From: an uncultured bacterium | Lineage (GTDB): Bacteria > Chloroflexota > UBA5177 > JANWHV01 | Direction of reading: 5' to 3' | Length of the DNA: 64,000 bases | Assembly (NCBI GenBank): GCA_963827235.1 | Contig: CAWHAE010000010.1 | Location: 704,001-768,000, forward strand | Shown: piece by piece, positions 18,799 to 28,302 of the stretch | Layout: every line of letters starts with the position of its first letter | Position numbering within the stretch: the stretch's first letter is position 1 | Position numbers and translations under genes: made by a program | Notes under the pieces: model-generated | Databases searched by the model: none | What the model saw: the letters and a program-made list of their open reading frames with translations, nothing else | What the model was told of the DNA's origin: nothing

Positions 18799-21402
18799 AT
18801 GCGCATGGACCAACCTGGCCGGGAAGAAACACAGCCGGCTGCAACACCCGAGCTGAGCAGCTCGAGCGGGGCCGCCGGCACGCGGACGGGTCCGATACCG
18901 GACGTGCAAGCCGGCGTGGGCCTGGCTGTGTTGCGTGAGGTCATCGCATCGGCGCGAGCCATGAGCGGCGCCGCGGCAGCGGCGATTCTCCTCTACGACT
19001 CCGAGCGCGATCTCTTCCTGCCTACCACGCCGAGCGTCGCGGACGGGCTCGACGAACGCTGGCTTCAGCGCCGGGGACTGGGGGCGGCGCAAGAGCTGGC
19101 CAGGCGAGTTCTCGCTCACTCCGGCGTGCAGCACATTGCAGATGCCAATGCCGAGCCCGGTCTGGACCTGCCCGTGCTGGCCGGCGGCTTGCGGCCGGGC
19201 GCGGTCACCGTCGTGGCGCTCACGGCGGATGGAGTGGTGCTCGGCGCTCTCGAGCTGTATCACGCGACGCCGGCACCGACCCTAATCGACACTGACATAC
19301 TTGCGCCGTTCGCCGCCCTGGCCGGGATGGCAATCAGAACCGCATGGGCACACGAGCGGGAGCTATCCCTGCGTGTGCGCCTCGAGATGCTGGACGAGGC
19401 GAGCAAGATACTGGCTTCAGAGCTATCGCCCGACCGCATCCTGCGCCGCATCGTAGAGATCGCGGTGTCGCTCGTGGGCGCTCGCTACGGCGCCCTTGGC
19501 GTCGTGGGCCCCGACCGCTACCTGTCGGACTTCATCACCGTCGGCCTGTCGGACGAAGAGCGCCAACGTCTCGGTCATCTGCCGCGCGGTCACGGCCTGC
19601 TCGGCGTGCTCATCCAGCAGGGCGTGCCGCTCCGCGTGCCGGCAATCGCGCGAGACCCGCGCAGAGTCGGTTTCCCGCCGAATCATCCCCCAATGAACAG
19701 TCTTCTCGGCGTGCCCGTCCGGGTCCGCGACCAGGTCGTGGGAGATCTGTACCTGACCGACAAGGTCGGCGCCGCCGAGTTCACGGACGAGGACCAGCGG
19801 CTCGTGGAGTTGCTGGCAGCGCACGCGGGCGTAACGATCGAGAACGCTCGACTTCATGACCAGGAAGCGCAGGCCCGGTACACGCTGCAGGGAGCGCTCG
19901 ACTCGCTCAGGCAGCAGTCCGCCGTGCTGCAGCGACAGGCCGAGCTGATCGATCTCGCGCACGACGCCATCATCGTGCGTGACCCCGAGAGCCGCATCGT
20001 GTCCTGGAACCAGGGAGCCAGCGCGATGTATGGCTGGTCGGCCGGGGAGGCTATTGGCCAGGTGACTCACGATCTGCTCGGCACCGCGTTCCCCGTCTCA
20101 TTGGAGGACGCGGAGCGCAGCATCGCCGGCCGCGGCACCTGGGAGGGTGAGCTCCGCCACATTCGGCGGGATGGTGCTGCCATCTCGGTGGAAAGCCGCC
20201 AGGCCCTGGTCCGCGATGTGAACGGCACGGCGCTGTCCGTCCTCGAGATCAACAGGGACATTACCGAGCGCAAGCGCGCGCAGGGCCGGCTGCAGCTCCT
20301 CAACGAAGTAGGCGCCGCGCTCGTCTCGGCCCTGGACCCTCAGATGGCGGCGGTGGCGGTCGCGGAGCGCGTCGTGCGCGGCCTGGCCGACCGATGCTAC
20401 ATTGCTTTGCTGCGGGACGACGGCTCGCTCCAGATCGCCGCGGAGGCGTCGAGCGACGAAGCTCCGGCCGGTGCAAACGCACGACCAAGCTGGTCGACGC
20501 TGGCACGTCTCGTCCGGCCCGGGCGCACGCTCCTGCTTTCAGACACCCTGGGCGCGGAACTGGCGGACAGAGAGGGAGCAGACGTTGCCGCCGAGGTGCG
20601 GAGACATGGCATTGCCTCGTGGATAGAAGTGCCGATCGGCGCCCGCGGCGGGCTGCTGGGTGTCATGGTGCTCGTCGGCACGGGTGCCGATCGCCGGTTC
20701 GACGCCGACGATCTCGCGGTCTCGCGGGAAGTGGCGGCCCGTGCCGCGACCGCGGTGACCAACGCTCGCCTGCACGCGCAGGTCGGTGAGCTCACGCAGC
20801 AGCGAGAGCGAGCGCGGATCGGCCGCGACCTGCACGACGGCATCATCCAGGACATCTATGCCGCCTCTCTGCAGCTTGAAGACGCCACGGAGGACATTCC
20901 CGACGAGAAGGTCCGTGACAGACTGCTGGCCGTCGCGGATCAACTGACGCGAGTGATCGGCGACGTGCGCACGTACATCCTTGGCCTTCGCACCCGGGGA
21001 CTGGAGAGCGGGCGGATCTCCGAAGCGATCGCCGGCCTGGTTGCCGAGGCCGATGGTCTCGGCGGCGTGTCGGTGTCCCTGGAGATCTCGGGCGACGCAT
21101 TCGACTTGCCGGACTCCGCGGCGAACGCGCTCGTGCACATCACGCGAGAGGCGCTGTCCAATGTGCGGAAGCACGCCAGTGCGTCCGCGGCCACTGTCCG
21201 GCTGGCGTACGAGACAGGCGGCATCAGACTGACCGTCTCCGACGACGGCCGGGGCTTCGACCCGGCCCTCGAGCGCGACGAACAGCATCGCGGGCTGCGA
21301 AACCTGCAGGCACGGGCCGACGAAGCGGGCGGCACGCTATCGGTGCGGGCTGCCGCGAACAGCGGCTCGACCGTGCAGGTCTGGCTGCCTGCCCCGACAT
21401 AG
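18799..21402 (+). CDS. Cytoplasmic GAF-GAF-PAS-GAF sensor histidine kinase (HisKA_3), DosS/DosT-like
   Basis: ARYGALGV..GFPPNHPPMNSLLGVPV GAF; PAS IVSWNQGA; ERARIGRDLHD; EALSNVRKHA, DDGRGF; exact start uncertain. Confidence 0.88.
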   Translation: MRMDQPGREETQPAATPELSSSSGAAGTRTGPIPDVQAGVGLAVLREVIASARAMSGAAAAAILLYDSERDLFLPTTPSVADGLDERWLQRRGLGAAQELARRVLAHSGVQHIADANAEPGLDLPVLAGGLRPGAVTVVALTADGVVLGALELYHATPAPTLIDTDILAPFAALAGMAIRTAWAHERELSLRVRLEMLDEASKILASELSPDRILRRIVEIAVSLVGARYGALGVVGPDRYLSDFITVGLSDEERQRLGHLPRGHGLLGVLIQQGVPLRVPAIARDPRRVGFPPNHPPMNSLLGVPVRVRDQVVGDLYLTDKVGAAEFTDEDQRLVELLAAHAGVTIENARLHDQEAQARYTLQGALDSLRQQSAVLQRQAELIDLAHDAIIVRDPESRIVSWNQGASAMYGWSAGEAIGQVTHDLLGTAFPVSLEDAERSIAGRGTWEGELRHIRRDGAAISVESRQALVRDVNGTALSVLEINRDITERKRAQGRLQLLNEVGAALVSALDPQMAAVAVAERVVRGLADRCYIALLRDDGSLQIAAEASSDEAPAGANARPSWSTLARLVRPGRTLLLSDTLGAELADREGADVAAEVRRHGIASWIEVPIGARGGLLGVMVLVGTGADRRFDADDLAVSREVAARAATAVTNARLHAQVGELTQQRERARIGRDLHDGIIQDIYAASLQLEDATEDIPDEKVRDRLLAVADQLTRVIGDVRTYILGLRTRGLESGRISEAIAGLVAEADGLGGVSVSLEISGDAFDLPDSAANALVHITREALSNVRKHASASAATVRLAYETGGIRLTVSDDGRGFDPALERDEQHRGLRNLQARADEAGGTLSVRAAANSGSTVQVWLPAPT

Positions 21403-21412
21403 CCTTCCGCGG

Positions 21413-22279
21413 CTACACTCCGCTGAACGCGCTGACACCGCCATCCACCGGAACGACGACTCCTGTGACGAAGCGCGAGCCGGGCCCGCAGAGCCAGAGC
21501 ACGGTGCTGACCAGGTCATCAGGCTCACCGAACCTGCCGGCCGGCGTGTGGGCGATCATCGTCTCTCCACGCGGCGTACGGGTGCCGTCATCGCGAAGCA
21601 GCAAGGAGCGATTCTGCTCTCCGACGAAGTAACCCGGCGCGATGGCGTTGACACGAAGGCCGGCGCCCCAGGACCGGGCGAGCTCGGTGGCCAGCCACCT
21701 GGTCAAATTGTCGATCGCGGCCTTGGCAAAACCGTAGCCCGCGACGCGAGTCATGGCGCGCATAGCCGCCATGGACGAGATCATGACGATGCTTCCGCGG
21801 CGCTCTGCTTCGGGTCCGCGCGCCATCGCGGCGCCAAATACAAGACTGGGCAACAAGCTGCCCAGGAGATTGAGGTCGATGGCCTCTCTCAATCCGCTTT
21901 CGGGAAGGTCGAAGACGGTCACCTGGTCGCTGATCATCGCCGCCGGCACGACACCGCCTGCCGCGTTGACCAGAATATCGATCGAGCCCCACAGACGCTC
22001 AACGTCGGCGCACACCGCCTGGAGGGACGCCCTGTCCAGCACGTCTGCCGGAGAAGCTACCGCCTCGCCGCCGGCCGCGCGGACCGACGCCGCCACCTCT
22101 TCGGCGCGCTCCCGGCGGCGCCCAAGGATGGCCACGCGCGCACCGGCCCGCGCGAGGCCCCGCGCCATGGCGCCGCCCAGCACCCCGGTGCCGCCGGTCA
22201 CCACGGCGGTCTTCCCCTGCAAGCCAAACATGTCGACGAGAAACCGCGTGACTGCCGTATTCGTGTCGAGACTGTCCAT
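21413..22279 (-). CDS. uxuB: SDR oxidoreductase, probable D-mannonate oxidoreductase (fructuronate reductase)
   Basis: TGGTGVLG, TRVAGYGFAK, IAPGYF..QNR.LL, HTPAGRFG; directly downstream of uxaC. Confidence 0.8.
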   Translation of the reverse strand: MDSLDTNTAVTRFLVDMFGLQGKTAVVTGGTGVLGGAMARGLARAGARVAILGRRRERAEEVAASVRAAGGEAVASPADVLDRASLQAVCADVERLWGSIDILVNAAGGVVPAAMISDQVTVFDLPESGLREAIDLNLLGSLLPSLVFGAAMARGPEAERRGSIVMISSMAAMRAMTRVAGYGFAKAAIDNLTRWLATELARSWGAGLRVNAIAPGYFVGEQNRSLLLRDDGTRTPRGETMIAHTPAGRFGEPDDLVSTVLWLCGPGSRFVTGVVVPVDGGVSAFSGV

Positions 22280-22382
22280 CCGCTTCTCCCTCTATCCTCA
22301 CACACGCCGTCGCCGTGCCGCGTCCGGTGCCATGCCAGCTCACCGCTTCAGCCCGGCTTGTGCGGCGGCGTACCGGCGCAGC

Positions 22383-23804
22383 TCAATCAAGCCGGTAGGC
22401 AGTCTTTGCCAGTCCACCGGCGCACGCGAGTGCCATCTCGTGGGCGTCGTCGAGATCGACCAGTCCACGTTGCACCAGCCCGGCCAGCCAGTCGCAGGTG
22501 ACGCGCCGCCACACGTCGTGCCGGGCGGGTATCGAGCAGAAGGCGCGCGTGTCGTCGTTGAAGCCCGCCAGGTTATAGAGCCCTGCCGTCTCCACGACTT
22601 CGTCCAGGTAGCGGCGCATGCCGTTGACGCTGTCGAAGAACCACCAAGGCGGCCCGAGCAGTACCGCCGGGTAGTGGCCGGCAATCGGCGCCAGCTCGCG
22701 GCCGTTCGTACTCTCGTCCAGGGTGAACAGAATTACGCGGAAGCGCGGATCGTTGCCGTAGGCATTGAGAAGCTGCCTCAAGCCGCGGGTCCACTCGGTC
22801 GGTACCGGAATGTCCGCCCCTTTGTCGGCACCGAAGCGGGAGAAGACGGCCGCGTTGTGGTCGCGAAGACTGCCCGCGTGAATCTGCATCACCATGCCGT
22901 CCTCGGCGCTCATTCGAGCAAGCTCCAGCAGCATGTGCGCCGTGAACCGCGCCGGGTCGGACGGCAGCACGTCCCCGCGCAGAGCGCGCTGAAAGATGAC
23001 GTCCGCCTCGTGTTCGGTCAGCCGCTCCGTGTGCGGCGCGATGGCCGCGTGGTCGGTCGCGACCGCTCCGAGGGACCTGAAGTATGCCCGTCTCTGCTCG
23101 AGTGCGCGAATAAAGGACGCGTAGCCGACCACGCCAACGCGTGCCAGCTCGCCCAGCCGCTCGATGTGCTTGTGCCAGCCTGCCGTAGCCAGGTTCGTCA
23201 CCGCATCCGGCCGAAACGTGGGTCGAACCGCCGTGCCCCAGCCTTCCTCTCGCAACCGTCTGTGGTCGTCGAGCGTCGACGTAGCGGCGTCGGTCGTGCA
23301 AAGTGTCTCGATCTTGAAACGCCTGAAGAGCGCCCGTGGCGAATACTCGGGGAGAGCCAGGAGCGTCTCGATCCGCGAGTATACATCCTGCGCGTTGGCC
23401 GCGCTCAGCTTCTCGGTCACGCCGAACACGTGCACGAGCACGTCGCTCAGCCACAGGCCGCTCGGAGTGCCCCTGAACAGGTAGAACCGCTCTGCAAAGC
23501 GCTGCCAGATTCGGCGATGGTCGGTCTCGACCGCACTGCCGTCCAACGCCGGCACGCCCAGATCCTCCAGGGGCACGCCGCGGCTGTACAGCATGCGGCA
23601 CACGTAGTGATCCGGAATGATGAAGAGGTCTGCCGGCGTACCGAACGTCGCGTCCGGATTGGCGAGTAAGGCCGCGTCGACATGGCCATGCGGACCGATG
23701 ATAGGCTCATCGCACACCTGAGCGTAGAGCTCCCGCGCGCACGCCCGCTGCGATGGATCGGGATCGAAACACCTGTCTGGCGATAGTTCCCACGTTGGAG
23801 CCAC
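22383..23804 (-). CDS. uxaC: Glucuronate (uronate) isomerase
   Basis: PHGH, PDHY..RMLYS, LCTTD, PTFRPD, MQIH.G, GADIP, GPPWWFFD, GFNDDTRAF..IPARHD; GTG at 23804 gives 473 aa. Confidence 0.93.
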   Translation of the reverse strand: MAPTWELSPDRCFDPDPSQRACARELYAQVCDEPIIGPHGHVDAALLANPDATFGTPADLFIIPDHYVCRMLYSRGVPLEDLGVPALDGSAVETDHRRIWQRFAERFYLFRGTPSGLWLSDVLVHVFGVTEKLSAANAQDVYSRIETLLALPEYSPRALFRRFKIETLCTTDAATSTLDDHRRLREEGWGTAVRPTFRPDAVTNLATAGWHKHIERLGELARVGVVGYASFIRALEQRRAYFRSLGAVATDHAAIAPHTERLTEHEADVIFQRALRGDVLPSDPARFTAHMLLELARMSAEDGMVMQIHAGSLRDHNAAVFSRFGADKGADIPVPTEWTRGLRQLLNAYGNDPRFRVILFTLDESTNGRELAPIAGHYPAVLLGPPWWFFDSVNGMRRYLDEVVETAGLYNLAGFNDDTRAFCSIPARHDVWRRVTCDWLAGLVQRGLVDLDDAHEMALACAGGLAKTAYRLD

Positions 23805-24212
23805 GGCCGTCCTCGCTCTCGCTACACATGTCACTGGCCGGCGTGCGGAGGCGCGGCACGCCGTGCAGGCGGCTTCACGATACACTGGCACTATCTGACG
23901 GTCAAGCGCGCCTGCGATCCCGGCATATCGCCCACCGGCTCCTCCGTCCCCTGGTACATTCGTAGTGAACGCCCGGGGGCCGTTCGCAACCCGGAGGTCA
24001 GGCTCGCTTGCATCCGGCGACGGCAGAGTATCGCCTGCCGCGTGGAGCCTCCCGGGCAGGGCCGGTCGAGAATCCAAGCGCCCCGAGCGCGCGTCCATCC
24101 GGGCGGTATCGTGTTTGCCGCTTCCGGTCCGGGCAGCGACGTTTACGCGGTGTGCCTCGACCGTGGCTCGCGCGGCGCAGCCCGGCGGGTTTGAGCAGAT
24201 GAGGAGCGAAGC

Positions 24213-25652
24213 ATGGCTGACAAATGCCAGATTGGGGTCACCGGACTCGCGGTGATGGGCGCGAACCTTGCCCGGAACCTGGCCAGGAACGGCTTCGAGG
24301 TCGCCGTACATAACCGAACCGGCGAGCGCACAGACCGGTTCATGGCCGAGTTCGCGCACGAAGGGCGATTCACTGCTGCCCACTCGCTGCAGGAATTCGT
24401 GGCTGCGATCGCGCGTCCTCGACCGATCATCGTGATGGTCAAAGCGGGCGCGCCGGTCGACGCCGTGATCGCGGAGCTGGAGCCGTTCCTCGAAGCCGGA
24501 GACATCGTGATCGACGGCGGAAACTCGCTGTTCACCGATACGCTGCGTCGCGCCGGCGACCTGGAGGCGAAGGGTCTGCGCTTCCTGGGAGTTGGAGTCT
24601 CGGGCGGCGAGGAAGGCGCTTTGAACGGGCCGAGCATTATGCCCGGCGGCACGCGCGAGGCGTACGACCACGTGGAGCGCATCCTGACCCGGATATCCGC
24701 TCACGTCGACGGCACCCCCTGCTGCACCTACATCGGTCCCGACGGCGCCGGACATTATGTAAAGATGGTTCACAACGGCATCGAGTATGCCGACATGCAG
24801 CTCATCGCCGAGGCCTACGATCTGCTCAGCCAGGTGGCAGGCATGAGCGCGCCGCAGATCGCCGATGTGTTCAGCGGCTGGAACGCCGGCGACCTCGACT
24901 CCTACTTGATCGAGATCACCGCCGAGGTACTGCGCAAGCAGGATGCCCGCACGGGAAAGCCGTTGGTCGACGTCATTCTGGACAAGGCCGAGCAGAAGGG
25001 CACCGGACGCTGGACGGTGCAATCCGGGCTAGAGCTCGGCGTGCCGATCACCGCGATAGGCGAGGCCGTGTTCGCTCGGGTGCTCTCCTCCCAGGTCGAG
25101 GAGCGCGTGGAAGCGGCGCGCGTGCTCGCCGGACCGGCGGGCGATCCGGCCGCTCGAGGAGACGGCGACTCATTCGTGGAGGCGGTGCGCGACGCGCTCT
25201 ACGCGTCGAAGATCGTCGCCTACGCGCAGGGGTTCTCGCAGATGCGCGTCGCCTCGCAGCAATACGGATGGGATCTCAAGCCCGGTGAGATCGCCACCAT
25301 CTGGAGGGGCGGATGCATCATCCGGGCGAAGTTCCTGGACCGCATCAAGGAAGAATACGACCGCCACCCGGACCTGAAGAACCTGCTCGTGTCGCCCTAC
25401 TTCAGCGCAGCCGTGGAGAAGTCCCAGCCGGCCTGGCGCCGCGTGGTGAACACCGCCGTGACGAGCGGCGTGCCTGTGCCGACCTTTGCCGCATCGCTCA
25501 CGTACTTCGACGGCTACCGTCGGGCTCGGGGTCCCGCATCCCTGCTCCAGGGACTGCGCGATTACTTCGGCGCGCACACCTATCTTCGCATCGACCGCTC
25601 GGGTTCGTATCATACCCTGTGGTCAGGCGACGGCAGCGAAGTGGATGCGTGA
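24213..25652 (+). CDS. gnd: 6-phosphogluconate dehydrogenase, NADP-dependent, decarboxylating
   Basis: GLAVMG, MVKAG, VSGGEEGA, KMVHNGIEY, QKGTGRWT, WRGGCIIR, RDYFGAHTY. Confidence 0.97.
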   Translation: MADKCQIGVTGLAVMGANLARNLARNGFEVAVHNRTGERTDRFMAEFAHEGRFTAAHSLQEFVAAIARPRPIIVMVKAGAPVDAVIAELEPFLEAGDIVIDGGNSLFTDTLRRAGDLEAKGLRFLGVGVSGGEEGALNGPSIMPGGTREAYDHVERILTRISAHVDGTPCCTYIGPDGAGHYVKMVHNGIEYADMQLIAEAYDLLSQVAGMSAPQIADVFSGWNAGDLDSYLIEITAEVLRKQDARTGKPLVDVILDKAEQKGTGRWTVQSGLELGVPITAIGEAVFARVLSSQVEERVEAARVLAGPAGDPAARGDGDSFVEAVRDALYASKIVAYAQGFSQMRVASQQYGWDLKPGEIATIWRGGCIIRAKFLDRIKEEYDRHPDLKNLLVSPYFSAAVEKSQPAWRRVVNTAVTSGVPVPTFAASLTYFDGYRRARGPASLLQGLRDYFGAHTYLRIDRSGSYHTLWSGDGSEVDA

Positions 25653-25661
25653 GGTACCGAC

Positions 25662-26984
25662 ATGCGCATCGAGTTCGACGTTCCCGAGCAGTCTCTGCAT
25701 TCGCTGCTGGACGGCGTGCCCATTCCTGCCATGGCGCGCATTCGCTACGACATGGATACGCCGTCGCCGTTGCCGGACGTAGCGCGCGAAGTGCGCGATC
25801 AGGTCGCGCTGGTGGCCGGCCACGACATGGTCAAGCGAGGGCAGCGCATCGCGATCGGCGTCGGCAGCCGAGGGATCAGCCATCTGCCCGAGATCGTCTC
25901 CGCGCTCGTGGCAGGGCTGCGCGCGTGCGGAGCCGACCCGTTCATCATTCCGGCCATGGGTAGCCACGGCGGCGCCACCGCCGATGGGCAGCGCGAAGTG
26001 CTCCGGCACCTGGGCATCGCCGAAGAACGGGTCGGCGCGCCGGTCGAAGCTCAGATGGAAACGGTCGAAGTGGGTCGCACGCCGCAGGGCATACCGGTTC
26101 GCATCGATCGCCTGGCGCTTGCCGCGGACGGCATTGTCTTCGTGGGCCGCGTCAAGCCGCACACCGCCTTTCGCGGCTCGTACGAGAGCGGATTGGCCAA
26201 GATGATTGCCATCGGCCTGGGCAAGCAGGCCGGAGCGGCAAACTGTCACGCGGCGGGCTTCGGCGAAATGGGCTGGCGCGTGCCCGCCGTCGCGGAAGTG
26301 GCGCTCGCCCGAACGCCGATCAGATTCGGTGTTGCCGTTCTGGAGAACGCGTACGACCTGCCTTTCAAGATCGTGTGCATTCCCGCCGAACGCATGTTGG
26401 GCGACGAGCCTGCTCTGCTTGCCGAGGCTCGCGCCGCAATGCCGCGGATTCCTTTCGACCGGTTCGACGTGCTCGTAATCGACGAGATCGGCAAGCACAT
26501 CAGTGGAGACGGCGCCGATCCGAATATCACGGGCCGGTATCCCACACCGTTTGCCAGCGGAGGCCCAGATGTCAACAAGCAGGTCATCCTGGATCTCGGC
26601 GACGCCTCGGATGGTAACGCCAACGGAGTCGGTACGGCGGACTTCACCACGGTCCGACTGGCCAGGAAAATGGACTTCGGACGCACCTACCCGAACGCCT
26701 TGACCTCTACGGTGGCCCGGCCGGTGGGCCTGCCCATGGTCCTGCCTTCAGATCGCCTGGCCATGTCCGCCGCGCTGCTCACCTGCAACGCAGTGGGCAG
26801 GGATCCGCGGCTCGTGCGTATCAGGAGCACAGCGTATCTGGAGCAGCTCGTCGTATCGGCGTCATTGCTCGACGAAGTAAAGGCTAACCCAGCTCTCACC
26901 GTGCTCGACGGACCGGCACAGCCGTCGTTCGACGAGGACGGCAACCTGACCGACCTCGCTCTTCCGGCCGGCCGGTCAGCGTGA
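25662..26984 (+). CDS. LarA (lactate racemase)-superfamily / DUF2088 protein, candidate sugar-acid 2-epimerase
   Basis: IAIGVGSRGI, PAMGSHGGAT, RVKPHT.F, ESGL.KM..IGLGK, GK.ISG.G.D, GNANGVG.AD. Confidence 0.72.
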   Translation: MRIEFDVPEQSLHSLLDGVPIPAMARIRYDMDTPSPLPDVAREVRDQVALVAGHDMVKRGQRIAIGVGSRGISHLPEIVSALVAGLRACGADPFIIPAMGSHGGATADGQREVLRHLGIAEERVGAPVEAQMETVEVGRTPQGIPVRIDRLALAADGIVFVGRVKPHTAFRGSYESGLAKMIAIGLGKQAGAANCHAAGFGEMGWRVPAVAEVALARTPIRFGVAVLENAYDLPFKIVCIPAERMLGDEPALLAEARAAMPRIPFDRFDVLVIDEIGKHISGDGADPNITGRYPTPFASGGPDVNKQVILDLGDASDGNANGVGTADFTTVRLARKMDFGRTYPNALTSTVARPVGLPMVLPSDRLAMSAALLTCNAVGRDPRLVRIRSTAYLEQLVVSASLLDEVKANPALTVLDGPAQPSFDEDGNLTDLALPAGRSA

Positions 26985-28184
26985 GTGGGCGCCGTCCGGG
27001 TCGTCCGGGCGCCCAATGGCCAACAAGCTGAGAAAGAACGACGAGAAGATCGTCTGCACGCCGATCACGATCAGCGTGGAAGCAAAGACGGCGGGACGTA
27101 CGGCGTCCAGGCTACCGAAGTTGGAATCTATCCACTGCACCAGAATCCACACGTCGATAGCGAAGCCGATGGCGAAGAGCAGGCCGCCGGCCTTCAGGCC
27201 GCGCTCCAGTGAGTAGTGCGGCGCCAGGGCGTCGAGCGTGCGGTCGTGCCGCAGTATGCCAATGCTCATGGCGTAGCTCTTGGCATAGAGACCAAGGGTG
27301 AGTACCTGGTAGCCCAGAATGGTCAACATGCTGCCGAGAATCATGAAGTGCACGTAGAAGCCGTGGCCACCAAGGTAGACAGGACCCGGCAGCTCCAGCC
27401 CGAGGAGAAGCAAACCGGGCAGCAACAATAGCAGGCCCGGGAGCAGATAGAGGTGCGTGGGGCTGTAGAGGAGCATGAAGCGCAGATGCCGCCAGCCGTC
27501 GCGCCACGTCTCCAGCTTCGACTCGCCAGCACGTGGGAAGTAGGTGATCGGGACTTCCTTGATCCGAAGTCTGGCCCGCCCCGCGTTGACGACCATCTCC
27601 GAGGCGAACTCCATGCCCGTGGTCTGCAAGCCCAGACGCCGGTACGCCGACTTGGTGAACGACCGCATACCGCAATGGGCGTCGCTGATCTGCACGCCGA
27701 AGAAGGCCTTGAGGATGCCCGAGAGCACCGGATTGCCGATGTACCGGTGCGAAAAGGTCATGGCCCCCGGCAAAATGCGGCCGCCGAACCGGGTGCCCAT
27801 CACCAGGTCGTACCCGTCGCGCAACGGGGCCAGGAACGGCTCCAGGTCACTGAAGTCGTACGTGTCGTCGGAGTCACCCATGATGATGAACTCGGCCCGC
27901 GCCTCGGCGATGCCGCGCATATAAGCGCTGCCGTATCCGCGCCGGCGCTCAAAGACGACGCGTGCCCCCAGACTGGAAGCGATCTCAACCGAGCCGTCGG
28001 TCGAGCCGTTGTCGCAGACGATGATCTCGCCCAGCAAGCCCAGCCGATCGAAGGCCGACCGTGCCTTCATGATGCAAGCGGCGATGGTCCGTTCCTCGTT
28101 GAGACACGGCATCACAATCGAAACGTCGAGCCGCTCTGTCTGAATCAGGGCATGCTCGTCCACGACCGCACTTGCCGTATTCAT
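26976..28184 (-). CDS. GT2 polyprenol-phosphate glycosyltransferase with C-terminal TM region
   Basis: MPCLNEE, DNGSTDGS, MGDSDDTY, GMEFASEM, DGWRHLRF. Confidence 0.88.
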   Translation of the reverse strand: MNTASAVVDEHALIQTERLDVSIVMPCLNEERTIAACIMKARSAFDRLGLLGEIIVCDNGSTDGSVEIASSLGARVVFERRRGYGSAYMRGIAEARAEFIIMGDSDDTYDFSDLEPFLAPLRDGYDLVMGTRFGGRILPGAMTFSHRYIGNPVLSGILKAFFGVQISDAHCGMRSFTKSAYRRLGLQTTGMEFASEMVVNAGRARLRIKEVPITYFPRAGESKLETWRDGWRHLRFMLLYSPTHLYLLPGLLLLLPGLLLLGLELPGPVYLGGHGFYVHFMILGSMLTILGYQVLTLGLYAKSYAMSIGILRHDRTLDALAPHYSLERGLKAGGLLFAIGFAIDVWILVQWIDSNFGSLDAVRPAVFASTLIVIGVQTIFSSFFLSLLAIGRPDDPDGAHSR

Positions 28185-28302
28185 GCTGCCTTCCAATTAC
28201 CGCGAGCAGCCCCCTCACCGGGATCCCAACCGATTCATACAACAGTGCCACTACCACGGCAATAGCAACCTTGGTGTGCTCGCACTCGACCGGCGGCCGC
28301 TA

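Noticed and set aside
21753-23669. 638-aa + strand ORF, and similar long overlapping ORFs such as 38276-40087
   Set aside because: Antisense shadows of real genes in high-GC DNA; no recognisable motifs.
23805-25022. Apparent 879-aa uxaC with a long N-terminal extension
   Set aside because: The extension is the antisense shadow of gnd plus intergenic DNA; UxaC homology starts at GTG 23804.
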